From Anaerolineae bacterium (GTDB lineage Bacteria; Chloroflexota; Anaerolineae; B4-G1; DUEL01), in NCBI GenBank assembly GCA_036172315.1, contig JASFBC010000018.1, positions 246 through 64,245 of the forward strand: a DNA stretch of 64,000 nt, in the 5' to 3' direction. The notes beneath the pieces were generated by a model. It saw only the letters and a program-made list of their open reading frames with translations. It did no database searches and had not been told where the DNA came from. Within the stretch, counting starts at the first letter, position 1. Each line of letters begins with the position of its first letter. Below, piece after piece: positions 40,068 to 49,904 of the stretch. Position numbers and translations under genes: made by a program.

Positions 40068-41152
40068 ACCGCCATGTTGTAGTTGCAATGAGCGGAGGGG
40101 TGGATAGCAGCGTCGCGGCCGTGCGGCTGGTGGAGCAGGGCTACCAGGTGACCGGGGTGATGCTGCGACTGTGGGCCGAGCCCGCCGCCGGTTGTCGGGA
40201 TAACCTCTGCTGCACGCCGGAGGCGGTGGCGCGCGCGCGGGACGTCGCCGCGCGGCTGGACATCCCGTTCCATGAGGTGGACATGCGGGAGCCCTTCCGC
40301 CGCGCCGTTGTGGAGACCTTCATCGCCGAATACGCTGCCGCCCGTACTCCCAACCCCTGCATCCCCTGCAATCGGGAAATCCGATTCGGGTTGCTGATGC
40401 AATGGGCCCTGGAGCACGGTGCCGACTATCTGGCGACCGGCCATTACGCCCGAGTCCGCCAGGTGGGGGACCGCTATCAACTGCTGCGGGGCCGGGACCG
40501 CACCAAAGACCAGTCCTACGTCCTGCACATCCTGACGCAGGCGCAATTAGCGCGCGTCCTTTTCCCCCTGGGCGACCTGACCAAGAAGGGGGTCCGGGAA
40601 CTGGCGCGGGCCCGGGGCCTCCCCATCGCCGACCAGCCGGAGAGCCAGGATATCTGCTTTCTGGCGGACGGGGACTACCGTCGGTTCGTCGCTGAACATA
40701 TGCCGGAGGCGGTCCGCCCTGGCCCTATTCTGGACAGGGCGGGCCGGGTACTGGGGGAGCACAGAGGGCTGATTCACTACACCATAGGCCAGCGGAAGGG
40801 CATCGGCGTGGCGGCTCCGCATCCCCTCTACGTCCTGGACATGGACCCTCAGCGCAATGCCCTGATCGTTGGACGGGCGGAGGAGTTGGGGCAATTGGAG
40901 TGCGTGGTGGCCCGGATGCACTACATTTCCGGCGAGGAGCCGCCGGGGCCTTTTGAGGCCACCGCCCAGATTCGCTACCGCCACAGGGAGGCCCCGGTGG
41001 TCGCCACGCCCCTGCCGGGAGGCCGCCTCCACGTCCGCTTCGCCGTCCCCCAGCGGGACATCACCCCGGGCCAGTACCTGGTCCTGTACGACGGCGAAGT
41101 CGTCCTGGGGGGCGGGGTAATTTGTGCGCCTTGGGAAACCGTGATACAATGA
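40064..41152 (+). CDS. mnmA: tRNA-specific 2-thiouridylase
   Basis: VVAMSGGVDSSVAAVRL PP-loop, CIPCNREIRFG, and a catalytic Cys region. Confidence 0.9.
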   Translation: MNRHVVVAMSGGVDSSVAAVRLVEQGYQVTGVMLRLWAEPAAGCRDNLCCTPEAVARARDVAARLDIPFHEVDMREPFRRAVVETFIAEYAAARTPNPCIPCNREIRFGLLMQWALEHGADYLATGHYARVRQVGDRYQLLRGRDRTKDQSYVLHILTQAQLARVLFPLGDLTKKGVRELARARGLPIADQPESQDICFLADGDYRRFVAEHMPEAVRPGPILDRAGRVLGEHRGLIHYTIGQRKGIGVAAPHPLYVLDMDPQRNALIVGRAEELGQLECVVARMHYISGEEPPGPFEATAQIRYRHREAPVVATPLPGGRLHVRFAVPQRDITPGQYLVLYDGEVVLGGGVICAPWETVIQ

Positions 41153-41290
41153 AGTCGTCTTGGGGGAGGGTGATTTGTGCGCCGGGGGAAAGCGTGATAC
41201 AATGTCTTTAAAGAAGCACATCCTGACCACCTACAGCGATGAGGAGACTTTTCTAATCGGGGAAGCGCCATCCTACTGAGAGGGAGAGCG

Positions 41291-41761
41291 ATGGGAACAA
41301 GGGGTGAAAATCCAGAAGCAATCCCCACGCCCGCCGAGGCCCGCCTGAAGCGCAACCTGATCCTGAGCCTGCTCCTCGTGGGCGCGTTTATGCTGGGTAT
41401 GATCGCCTTGCTGGTGGTGCTGGCGGTGGACGCCTATCGCTCTCCGGTCCAGCCCAGCCCGGGGGCGGCGGTCGTCTCCCTGATGCGGGATGCGGCTATC
41501 ATCCTGGTCGCCTGTGAGACCCTCCTGATCGGCATCCTGCTCATTATCCTGACGATCCAGGTGCAGGCGCTGGTGTCGCTCCTTCGGGACGAGATTCGCC
41601 CGATGTTGGAGACCCTCAACGACACCCTGGCGACCGTCCGGGGGACGACGCGGTTTGTCAGCCATCATCTCGTCTCCCCGACCATCCAGGCGGCCAGTTT
41701 TATGGCCGGCGTGCGGCGGGTGCTGAAAGAGGTCGCGGGGTTCTTTAGAGGCGCACAATGA
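41291..41761 (+). CDS. Hypothetical N-terminally membrane-anchored protein (YtxG/DUF948-like)
   Basis: GAGGGAGAG RBS. TM helices, then a helical region. Normal composition, unlike the overlapping minus-strand ORF. Confidence 0.5.
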   Translation: MGTRGENPEAIPTPAEARLKRNLILSLLLVGAFMLGMIALLVVLAVDAYRSPVQPSPGAAVVSLMRDAAIILVACETLLIGILLIILTIQVQALVSLLRDEIRPMLETLNDTLATVRGTTRFVSHHLVSPTIQAASFMAGVRRVLKEVAGFFRGAQ

Positions 41762-41796
41762 TCCGTGAAAATCCGGCGAGTTTTTCTTTCTAGGAC

Positions 41797-41984
41797 GTGA
41801 TTGAGGCCGTGGAGGCTCTGCCTCCAGATGACAGGCTTTGCTGGTGGAAATCATCCGCCAGCGGTTGGTCCAATACCGCCGTAAAGCACTGGCGGCGGAG
41901 ATTGCCGAGGCCCGTGAAGCCTACCAGCGGGGTGAGGTACGCCGGGGCACAGTGGCTGATTTAATGCAGGAACTGGCAGATTGA
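41797..41984 (+). pseudogene. Putative antitoxin of RelE/ParE pair; apparent frameshift near 41829
   Basis: A GTG-start frame gives MIEAVEALPPDDRL..., then shifts +1 into ...LLVEIIRQRLVQYRRKALAAEIAEAREAYQRGEVRRGTVADLMQELAD*. The stop overlaps the toxin TTG start. Confidence 0.4.
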
Positions 41985-42265
41985 GGACGCTGGTCTGGAG
42001 CGCAACGTTTGTACGGGCTTTCAAGCGGGCTGTCCGTCGCCAGCCGGAACTTCGGGCCAGGATTGAGCGCACCCTTCAACAATTGGCAGAGGATCCGTTT
42101 CATCCCACGCTACACAGCCACAAACTGAAGGGCGAATTGGCTGGCTCATGAGCCTGCACTGTAGATTATGACAACCGTATCCTTTTTGAGTTCGTCTAAA
42201 ACCCTGAGTCGGGGGAGGAAGAAATCCTTCTACTGACGATGGGAACCCATGACGAGGTTTACTGA
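41981..42265 (+). pseudogene. RelE/ParE-family toxin with two in-frame nonsense codons (TGA 42150-42152, TAA 42198-42200)
   Basis: (M)RTLVWSATFVRAFKRAVRRQPELRARIERTLQQLAEDPFHPTLHSHKLKGELAGS*ACTVDYDNRILFEFV*NPESGEEEILLLTMGTHDEVY* matches the RelE/ParE fold signature (HKLKG..., ...LLTMGTHDEVY). The frame is continuous but interrupted twice. Confidence 0.6.
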
Positions 42266-42297
42266 GGTATTCTCCCACAGAAACAGGAGGACTTCCC

Positions 42298-42687
42298 ATG
42301 GCAAAAGACAATGGCAGCGATGTGGTGGCCTTTCTGGCCGGATTCGTGGTCGGTGGGCTGGTGGGAGCGGCGGTGGCGCTGCTCTTCGCCCCCCAATCCG
42401 GTAAGGAGACGCGGGCTCAAATTCGGGCCAAAGGCGTGGAACTGAGCGAGAAGGCAAAGGAAGAAGCCGAACGGGCGCGCCTTCGGGCGGAGCAGGCGCT
42501 GGAAGAAGCCCGCGCCAAGGCGGAAGCGGTCGCCGCCGACCTTCGCCGCCGGGCCGAGGAGATCCAGGCCCAGGGACAGGTGGTCCTGGAGGAGGGCCGC
42601 CGGCAACTGACTGAGGTGGTGGAAGGAACCCGCAAGGCCGTCACCCGGGCCCGGGGAGGCGCCCCCGTCGAAGAGCCTTCAGCCTGA
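42298..42687 (+). CDS. YtxH-like protein (N-terminal TM + coiled-coil)
   Basis: VVAFLAGFVVGGLVGAAVALLFAPQSGKETR is the YtxH-type start. The rest is helical and charged. Confidence 0.6.
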   Translation: MAKDNGSDVVAFLAGFVVGGLVGAAVALLFAPQSGKETRAQIRAKGVELSEKAKEEAERARLRAEQALEEARAKAEAVAADLRRRAEEIQAQGQVVLEEGRRQLTEVVEGTRKAVTRARGGAPVEEPSA

Positions 42688-42811
42688 CTACTACGGCATC
42701 GGGAGCAACGGTCGGAAACCGCCGTAAGAGAGCGGAAGGGACCGCGCGCCCTACGTCCTTCGCGTTTCCTTTCCCGTTTTACGCATTCCGTTCCACCCTG
42801 CGAGGTGACCG

Positions 42812-43297
42812 ATGGAACTCCTGACCGTTCGTATCCAGAAACCGGATGACGTCAACTTCATCCTGGGAATGAGCCACTTCATCAAGACGGTGGAGGACAT
42901 CCACGAGGCACTGGTGAACACGGTGCCGGGCATCCGCTTCGGCCTGGCCTTCTGCGAGTCCTCCGGCCCGGCCCTGGTCCGCTGCAGCGGCACCGATGAG
43001 GCTATGATAGAACTGGCGAAGCGGAACGGACTGGCCATCGGTGCGGGCCACTCGTTCCTCATCTTTCTGGCCCCCGGTTTCTATCCTATTAACGTCCTCA
43101 ACGCCGTCAAAGCGGTGCCGGAGGTCTGCCGCATCTTCTGTGCCACCGCCAACTCCGCCGAGGTCATCATCGCCCAGACGGAGCAGGGACGGGCTATCCT
43201 GGGAGTGGTGGACGGTGTCAGCCCCAAAGGGGTGGAGGGACCGGAGGAGGTAGCCCACCGCAAGGAGTTCCTGAGAAAAATCGGCTACAAATTGTAG
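42812..43297 (+). CDS. Adenosine-specific-kinase-family (PF04008-like) protein
   Basis: MELLTVRIQKPDDVNFILGMSHFIKTVEDIHEAL... About 160 aa, resembling the PF04008 family from memory. The assignment is unverified. Confidence 0.4.
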   Translation: MELLTVRIQKPDDVNFILGMSHFIKTVEDIHEALVNTVPGIRFGLAFCESSGPALVRCSGTDEAMIELAKRNGLAIGAGHSFLIFLAPGFYPINVLNAVKAVPEVCRIFCATANSAEVIIAQTEQGRAILGVVDGVSPKGVEGPEEVAHRKEFLRKIGYKL

Positions 43298-43306
43298 GAG
43301 ACCGGT

Positions 43307-43792
43307 ATGCGAATTCCCCTTCCCCCTGCAGTCCGCGAAGCCTGGGGAGATAGCATCGCCGATGCCTTTATCCTCTGGCTGGAGGATTGGGGAAGCCACC
43401 TGATCCGGGAGAAGGCCGTTCCCCGGGACGAATATCGGGAGGTTCTTTCCCGCGCGGAATTCCACCAGGAAATTCAAGCCCTCCGCCAGGAGATGCTCGC
43501 CCTCCATCAAGCAACGCTGGAGCAATTAGACCGGATGCAGGAGCGGATGGACCGGCTGCAGATCCAAACGCAGGAGCGGATGGACCTGCTGCGGGTTCAG
43601 ACTCAGGAGCGGATGGACCGGATGCAGGCTCAGATCCAGGAGCGGATGGACCGGGAATTCGCAGCGGTTCATGAGCGCCTGGATCGGATGTACCACCAGA
43701 TGGTCATCCAGACCCGATGGTTGATCGGAGCCCTGCTGGGGTTCGGCACCATCATCACGGTCCTGCTGGCAATTGCCCAGTTCAAACCGTGA
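43307..43792 (+). CDS. Coiled-coil protein with 4 tandem QERMDR repeats and C-terminal TM anchor
   Basis: A 33-bp DNA repeat (x3.7) at 43538-43660 encodes QERMDRLQIQT/QERMDLLRVQT/QERMDRMQAQI/QERMDREF. C-terminal TM WLIGALLGFGTIITVLLAIA. Confidence 0.55.
   Translation: MRIPLPPAVREAWGDSIADAFILWLEDWGSHLIREKAVPRDEYREVLSRAEFHQEIQALRQEMLALHQATLEQLDRMQERMDRLQIQTQERMDLLRVQTQERMDRMQAQIQERMDREFAAVHERLDRMYHQMVIQTRWLIGALLGFGTIITVLLAIAQFKP
43538..43660 (+). repeat. 33-bp in-frame tandem repeat (x3.7) inside coiled-coil gene
   Basis: CAGGAGCGGATGGACCGG... units encode the QERMDR heptad-like repeats. Confidence 0.8.
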
Positions 43793-43802
43793 AAGGTCGG
43801 CC

Positions 43803-44531
43803 GTGGAAATCCCTTCCCTCTTCCTAGCCCTTCTGGCAGGTCTGGCATCCTTTCTCTCCCCCTGCGTCCTCCCGATGGTACCGGCCTACATCGGCTACCT
43901 GAGCGGCCGCGCCATCGCCGGAACGGATGCCGGGACTTCCGTCCGGGAGCGGTTCGCCACCTTTCTCCACGCCCTGGCCTTTGTCCTGGGCTTCTCGGCG
44001 GTCTTTGTCGCCCTGGGTGCGGCCGCTGGCGGGCTGGGCCGCCTCCTGCGCTCCGACTGGGTCCGCTGGGTCGGCGGGCTGGTGATGGTTTTCTTCGGAC
44101 TGGCGCTGATGGGGGCCATCAAACTCCCTGCCCTCTACACCGAACGGCGGCTCCACCTCCCCACCGGCTCCCGATGGGGGTACCTCTCCTCCGCCCTCGT
44201 CGGCATCTCCTTTGCCGCCGGATGGACCCCCTGCGTCGGGCCGGTGCTGGGGGCCATTCTGGCCCTGGGGGCCAGCCAGGAGACGGCCATAAAGGCCGCG
44301 CTCCTGCTGACGACTTACTCCCTCGGTCTGGGCCTCCCCTTCCTTCTGGTTGGACTGGCGGTAGATCGGATTGGCGTGGGGCTGCGGCGCCTCCACCGTT
44401 ACCTCCGCCCTATCCAGGTTGTCACCGGCGTCCTGATCCTCCTCTTTGGTGTGCTCCTTTTTATGGACTGGCTGCGGATCTTGGGCGCGTGGATGACTTC
44501 CCTGGGGCTGGGCTGGGACCTGGGGCTTTAA
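43803..44531 (+). CDS. ccdA: Cytochrome c-type biogenesis/thiol-disulfide transporter CcdA (DsbD TM domain)
   Basis: LSPCVLPMVPAYIGYLSG and the second Cys in AAGWTPCVGPVLGAIL. 6 TM. GTG start inferred. Confidence 0.8.
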   Translation: MEIPSLFLALLAGLASFLSPCVLPMVPAYIGYLSGRAIAGTDAGTSVRERFATFLHALAFVLGFSAVFVALGAAAGGLGRLLRSDWVRWVGGLVMVFFGLALMGAIKLPALYTERRLHLPTGSRWGYLSSALVGISFAAGWTPCVGPVLGAILALGASQETAIKAALLLTTYSLGLGLPFLLVGLAVDRIGVGLRRLHRYLRPIQVVTGVLILLFGVLLFMDWLRILGAWMTSLGLGWDLGL

Positions 44532-44565
44532 CGGACCGGGCTTCTACAAGAGCCCGGCCCGTTTT

Positions 44566-45459
44566 TTACCCATCTCGCTTCAATTTCCCCGTCCGTTTGG
44601 CGTATTTCTCGGCCTGGTGGAAAATCGCCAGCCCCAACGGGATGGAGACGACCCCCGCCAGGAATGCCGGCCAGAGATAAGGCCAGAGGGAGACCGTAGA
44701 TGCGCCCCGCAGGATGGCTGCTCGCATCCCTTCTAATATAAAGGTCGCCGGAGAGACCCGCGCCAGCGGCTGGATCCAGTCCGGGAGCACCTCCACCGGA
44801 TAGTAGACCCCAGAGATGAGCAGGAAAACGGCCTGCAGGACGTTGGTCATCTGCGCGCCGCGCTCCGGGAACAATAGCGGCAGCACCGACGCGACGATGC
44901 CCAGTCCGATAAAGGATAGACTCCCCGAAAGAAGCACCACCGTCGCCCCCCAGAGATTTGCCCCGCTCAGGTCCAGGTGGAAGAAGAGCACCACCACCCC
45001 CAGGATGACCAGCGTGAAGAGCAGGCTGTAGGCTACAGCGAAGGCCGTCTGTCCCGCCATATGGGTGAGCCGGGTGATGGGAGCCATCAGGGTATACTCT
45101 ATCGTTCCCTCCCATCGCTCCCAGGCGATCATCTCGCTGATGTTATCAAAGATGATGGCCAGGAAGCGCCAGACCATCGTCCCGATGAGCAGGTAGAGGA
45201 TGAGATAGTTAGTATCCACCGGCACACCGGAGATGGCCTCCATGCCGGCGCCGATGTAGGTGATGGAGAGGGTATTGGCAATGGAGTAGGCCAGCCAGAC
45301 TACTTCCCATCCCCAATAGCGGCGCACCAGGTTGAAATTCCGCTCCACGAACGCATAGGAAGCGCGGAGGGTTCGGACGAGCGTGTATCGTATACTGCTG
45401 ATCGCATATAACGCATTTTGTTTCTTGCCCATTGTGCACCGCTCCTGAACCAAAATCAC
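44566..45459 (-). CDS. ABC-2 type transporter permease
   Basis: 6-TM ABC-2 family topology. The ATPase gene lies upstream on the same strand. Confidence 0.7.
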   Translation of the reverse strand: MILVQERCTMGKKQNALYAISSIRYTLVRTLRASYAFVERNFNLVRRYWGWEVVWLAYSIANTLSITYIGAGMEAISGVPVDTNYLILYLLIGTMVWRFLAIIFDNISEMIAWERWEGTIEYTLMAPITRLTHMAGQTAFAVAYSLLFTLVILGVVVLFFHLDLSGANLWGATVVLLSGSLSFIGLGIVASVLPLLFPERGAQMTNVLQAVFLLISGVYYPVEVLPDWIQPLARVSPATFILEGMRAAILRGASTVSLWPYLWPAFLAGVVSIPLGLAIFHQAEKYAKRTGKLKRDG

Positions 45460-45500
45460 TTCAACCGGAAAATTGTGGTTCAGTCGTCAGTGGTCGGTGG

Positions 45501-46444
45501 TCAGTAGTGGTCAATCGTCAGTGGTCGCCTCCAGAACGTCAGATCGGTCTGGAACTCCAGGCCCAGGGCGGATGCCAGTGCTCTGCCCTCCGGCTCCTCC
45601 ATGAGAAGGTCTATGTAGGCGAAGCCCAGGTGGGCCGCCAGGGCCTGCAGGGTCTCCACCGCCGGGCGCAGGTCGGCCTCCGGCGGCGCCCAGACGAAGC
45701 CGTCGGCCTGGGCGGGGGCCAGGGGTTGCGCCCGCAGGCCCAGCCAGACCCTTTCCCCGCCCGGCATGCGGGCCTGCCATCGCCCCCAGGGGAGGCGAGC
45801 CAGTTCCGGCAGCGGTCGGTCGGCGATCTCGTGCCACATATGGCGCCCGGTCTGGTAACGGCCCACCCGCAACGCCAGCCCTTGCCCGGCGGGATAGGGG
45901 GCATCATCGGCCTGGCGGAGGCCGGCGGGGAGGGGAACCTCCCGCGCTGAAGCCTGCCATTCCCGCAGCCACAGCCAGGGCTCAAACCCCACCCGGCGAT
46001 AGAACGGCTCCGCCTCCCGCTCCGGCTGGGTTGTGAGCGCCGCGCAGCCGCGCTCCTTCGCCAGCGCGACCCCCGCCTCCACCAGTGCCCGGCCGACTCC
46101 CCGTCCGAGATGGGCCGCATGGACGAAGAGCAGGGAAAGGTGAAGGACATGCCCGTACGGTGGCGGCTCGTTATCTTCCACGAACTCCGCCTCACCCACC
46201 CCTTCCTCTCCCCGCAGAGCGACCAGGGCCAGATGGCCCGCTCCCAGCCAGCGTCGGAGGTGGGCCGCGCAGGTCTCCGCGTCCATCCACGGGCCGCCGT
46301 GGAGCCAGTGCTCGTAGCGGGAGAGGGCGTCGTATGGCACGGCCTCCCCTTTCCCACCCCGCCGCCAGACCCGGATGTGGCTGCAATGGACAGCGGTGAT
46401 GGCCTCTGCGTCCTCGGGCGTCGCCGGACGGATGGTCAAACCGT

Positions 46445-46448
<4 letters not shown>
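45501..46448 (-). CDS. GNAT-family N-acetyltransferase with C-terminal extension
   Basis: GNAT motif A HVLHLSLLFVHAAHLGRGVGRALVEAGVALAKERG. 4-nt overlap with the ATPase gene. Confidence 0.6.
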
Positions 46449-47278
<830 letters not shown>

Positions 47279-47346
47279 CCACCTTCTTCTCCGAGATGGT
47301 AGCCGTGGAAGATTTCGGCCTGATTCTGTGGCCATCCACGGAAATA

Positions 47347-47495
47347 GGACGCAGATAAACGCAGATTCTCTCGGATTTATTTCGGACGCAGATAAACGCA
47401 GATTCTCTCGGATTTATTTAGGACGCAGATAAACGCAGATTCTCTCGGATTTATTTCGGACGCAGATAAACGCAGATTCTCTCGGATTATCTTTG
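47347..47495. repeat. 37-bp tandem repeat array (GGACGCAGATAAACGCAGATTCTCTCGGATTTATTTC x3.5) in the 5' leader of the ABC-exporter operon
   Basis: Near-identical units at 47347, 47384, 47421 and 47458 (partial). These are followed by a 32-bp repeat x2 at 47511-47575. Confidence 0.85.
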
Positions 47496-47922
47496 AAAAT
47501 CTTCACCATCGGCCAGCGAAGCCTGCGAAAATCTGCGTCCATCTGCGAGCGAAGCCTGCGAAAATCGGCGTCCCGTTTTATTTCGGACGTAGAGAAAGGC
47601 AGATTCTCGCGGATTTTTTAATATTAAGGGCAAGATTTCCCCGTCGCTATTCCCGATAAAGTCTCATATAGACAGCGCGGCCGTAGGGGGAGCCCCACGG
47701 CCGCGCGCAGGAGAAACAGAAAGGCCGTGGGCTCCCGCAGGCGCCCACGGCCTTAAGTATTATTTAATTAGCAGCCAGGTGGCGCACTGCGGCACGGCAT
47801 GCGGGTATCCCCACTACCCAGCGCAGGAAACCCGATCATCCATGGAATCGTCGCAATGCTCATCTGGCCTGCTCCTTGGTGATTTCGTTTTCTATTCTAC
47901 TCCACTCCGGAGAATTGTCAAA

Positions 47923-49494
47923 TCAAGATTCCCGATAATGGCAGCCCCGGCTCCGGCGGTTGTGATAGGCGGCCTCTGCGACCAGGAGCGCCGCCTGCAC
48001 CGCGTGGCGCAACCCCACCAGCCCGTCGCTCAGCCGGCTGGCCCGGTAGAAGTCGTCTATCTCTTCCTTCAGGTGGCGGAGGTCCCGGAGGGCGCGCGTG
48101 AGCCGCCGCTCGGAGCGGACCAGCCCCACATAGTTCCACATGGTGTACTGGATCGCCCGCAGGTCGCGCCAGATAAGGGCCGGGTCCGCCTCCTCCACCC
48201 CGGTCTCCTCCCAGGGCGGGACCTCCTCCGGGGAGACGATGGGGAGCGCACCCCGCGCCGCGATGGCCCGCGCGGCGCGCTGGCCCCAGACCAGTCCCTC
48301 CAGGAGCGACGTGGAGGCCAGCCGGTTGGCCCCGTGGACCCCCGTGCAGGCCACCTCTCCGACGGCGTAGAGGTTGCGAATCGTCGTCCGGCCCCACTCA
48401 TCGGTCCAGACCCCGCCGCAGAAGTAGTGGGCCGCCGGGACGACCGGGATGGGCTGGGCAGTGATATCCAGCCCCAGCGACCGGCAACGGTCATAGATGG
48501 TGGGGAAGCGCTCCCGAATCCGCTCCGGCGGGAGGATGGAAGCAATGTCCAGCAGGACATAGGGGTAGCCGTTGGCAACCATTTCGTGGTGGATGGCCCG
48601 CGCGACCACGTCCCGGGGCGCCAGGTCGCCCCACTCCGGGGCATATTTCTGCATAAAGGGACGACCATCCGGAGTGAGCAGCCGTCCTCCTTCCCCTCGT
48701 ACTGCCTCCGAGATGAGGAACCCCTCCGCGCCGGGGAGGGCCAGGACGGTGGGATGGAACTGGATGTACTCGGCGTTGATGACGCGCGCTCCGGCCCGAT
48801 AGGCCATGGCCAGGCCATCGCCCCGGGCCCCCTCCGGATTGGTGGTGTACCGGTAGATGCGACCCAGGCCGCCCGTCGCCAGTACCGTCGCCCCGGCCAG
48901 ATACCGGTGCACCCGCCCGGTGGCCCGGTCCAGCACATACGCGCCATGGCAGGTGATGGGGTCATAGACGGTGAGGGAGTCGCGGGCATGGTGGGGAAAG
49001 GTGATGAGGTCCACCGCTGTGGCGCCGGTCACCAGGCGGACGTTGGGATACCGGCGCAGCGCGGCGACCAGCGCCCCGATGATGGCCCGCCCCGTCGCAT
49101 CGCCGACGTGGAGGATGCGGGGGCGGGAATGGGCACCCTCCAGGCCGTAAGCCAGCCGCCCGTCGGGCTCCCGGTCAAAGGGGACGCCCAGTTCCCGAAT
49201 CAAAAACTGCTCCACCAACCGGGGCCCCTCTTCGGCCAGGATCCGGACAGCGGTGGGGAGGCTGAGGCCGGCCCCGGCGGCCAGGACGTCCTGGGCCAGG
49301 AGGTCGGGGCTATCGTCCTCCCCCAGCGTGACGATGCCGCCCTGAGCGTAGCGGGTGTTGCTCTCTTCGGGGTCCGCCGCGCGGGTAATAACGGTGACCT
49401 GCCGCTGGCGGTCGCGCGCCAGGACCAGCGCGGCGGTCGCTCCGGCAATCCCACAGCCGATGATCAGGACGTCACTCTCTACCAGTTCGGTCAT
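47923..49494 (-). CDS. nadB: L-aspartate oxidase
   Basis: DVLIIGCGIAGATAALVL...RPILHVGDATGRAII...the HGANRLASTSLLEGLVWG family signature. The ATG overlaps the vapC stop (ATGA). Confidence 0.9.
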   Translation of the reverse strand: MTELVESDVLIIGCGIAGATAALVLARDRQRQVTVITRAADPEESNTRYAQGGIVTLGEDDSPDLLAQDVLAAGAGLSLPTAVRILAEEGPRLVEQFLIRELGVPFDREPDGRLAYGLEGAHSRPRILHVGDATGRAIIGALVAALRRYPNVRLVTGATAVDLITFPHHARDSLTVYDPITCHGAYVLDRATGRVHRYLAGATVLATGGLGRIYRYTTNPEGARGDGLAMAYRAGARVINAEYIQFHPTVLALPGAEGFLISEAVRGEGGRLLTPDGRPFMQKYAPEWGDLAPRDVVARAIHHEMVANGYPYVLLDIASILPPERIRERFPTIYDRCRSLGLDITAQPIPVVPAAHYFCGGVWTDEWGRTTIRNLYAVGEVACTGVHGANRLASTSLLEGLVWGQRAARAIAARGALPIVSPEEVPPWEETGVEEADPALIWRDLRAIQYTMWNYVGLVRSERRLTRALRDLRHLKEEIDDFYRASRLSDGLVGLRHAVQAALLVAEAAYHNRRSRGCHYRES

Positions 49495-49904
49495 AAGCCT
49501 CCCGTGAGCCATTCCACCCGGATCAATCCTTCCACTTTCTGGAACTCCGGGTCGCCCGTCACCAGGGTCGCGTCCTGCACCCAGGCCAGTGCCGCCGCAA
49601 AAGCGTCTGCGTAGGAGATGGGATGATTCGCTTTTATGTGGGCTGCTGTAAAGGTGAGATCCCGGTCCGGAGGAACAATCTCTAGGGGGAGGTGGTCTAT
49701 GATCCGGATGGCCCCCTCCGCAGCGGGACGTCCCCCTTGCCGCTCACTGATATAGAGCACCTCCCCGTAGTTCACCAGGCATAGGGAGAGGCGAATTTCT
49801 CCGGCATGGGCACTGAGAAGCAACTGTCGAGCCCGCTCCGCTCCGGGCTCTCCACGCAGATAAGCGAGGAGCGCGAAGGCGTCAAAAACGTAACGGCGGC
49901 TCAA
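49491..49904 (-). CDS. vapC: PIN-domain toxin (VapC family)
   Basis: VFDAFALLAYLRGEPG...ISYADAFAAALAW...TGDPEF shows the PIN acidic residues. Overlaps vapB. Confidence 0.75.
   Translation of the reverse strand: MSRRYVFDAFALLAYLRGEPGAERARQLLLSAHAGEIRLSLCLVNYGEVLYISERQGGRPAAEGAIRIIDHLPLEIVPPDRDLTFTAAHIKANHPISYADAFAAALAWVQDATLVTGDPEFQKVEGLIRVEWLTGGL

Noticed and set aside
41820-42110. Minus-strand ORFs 41851-42072, 41921-42103 and 42021-42311 as genes
   Set aside because: The plus strand of the same region encodes recognisable antitoxin and RelE/ParE toxin sequence. The minus-strand ORFs are compositionally atypical.
47347-47575. Possible CRISPR array suggested by regular tandem repeats
   Set aside because: The units (37 bp and 32 bp) are contiguous with no unique spacers between them. 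No cas genes were found. These are plain tandem repeats.
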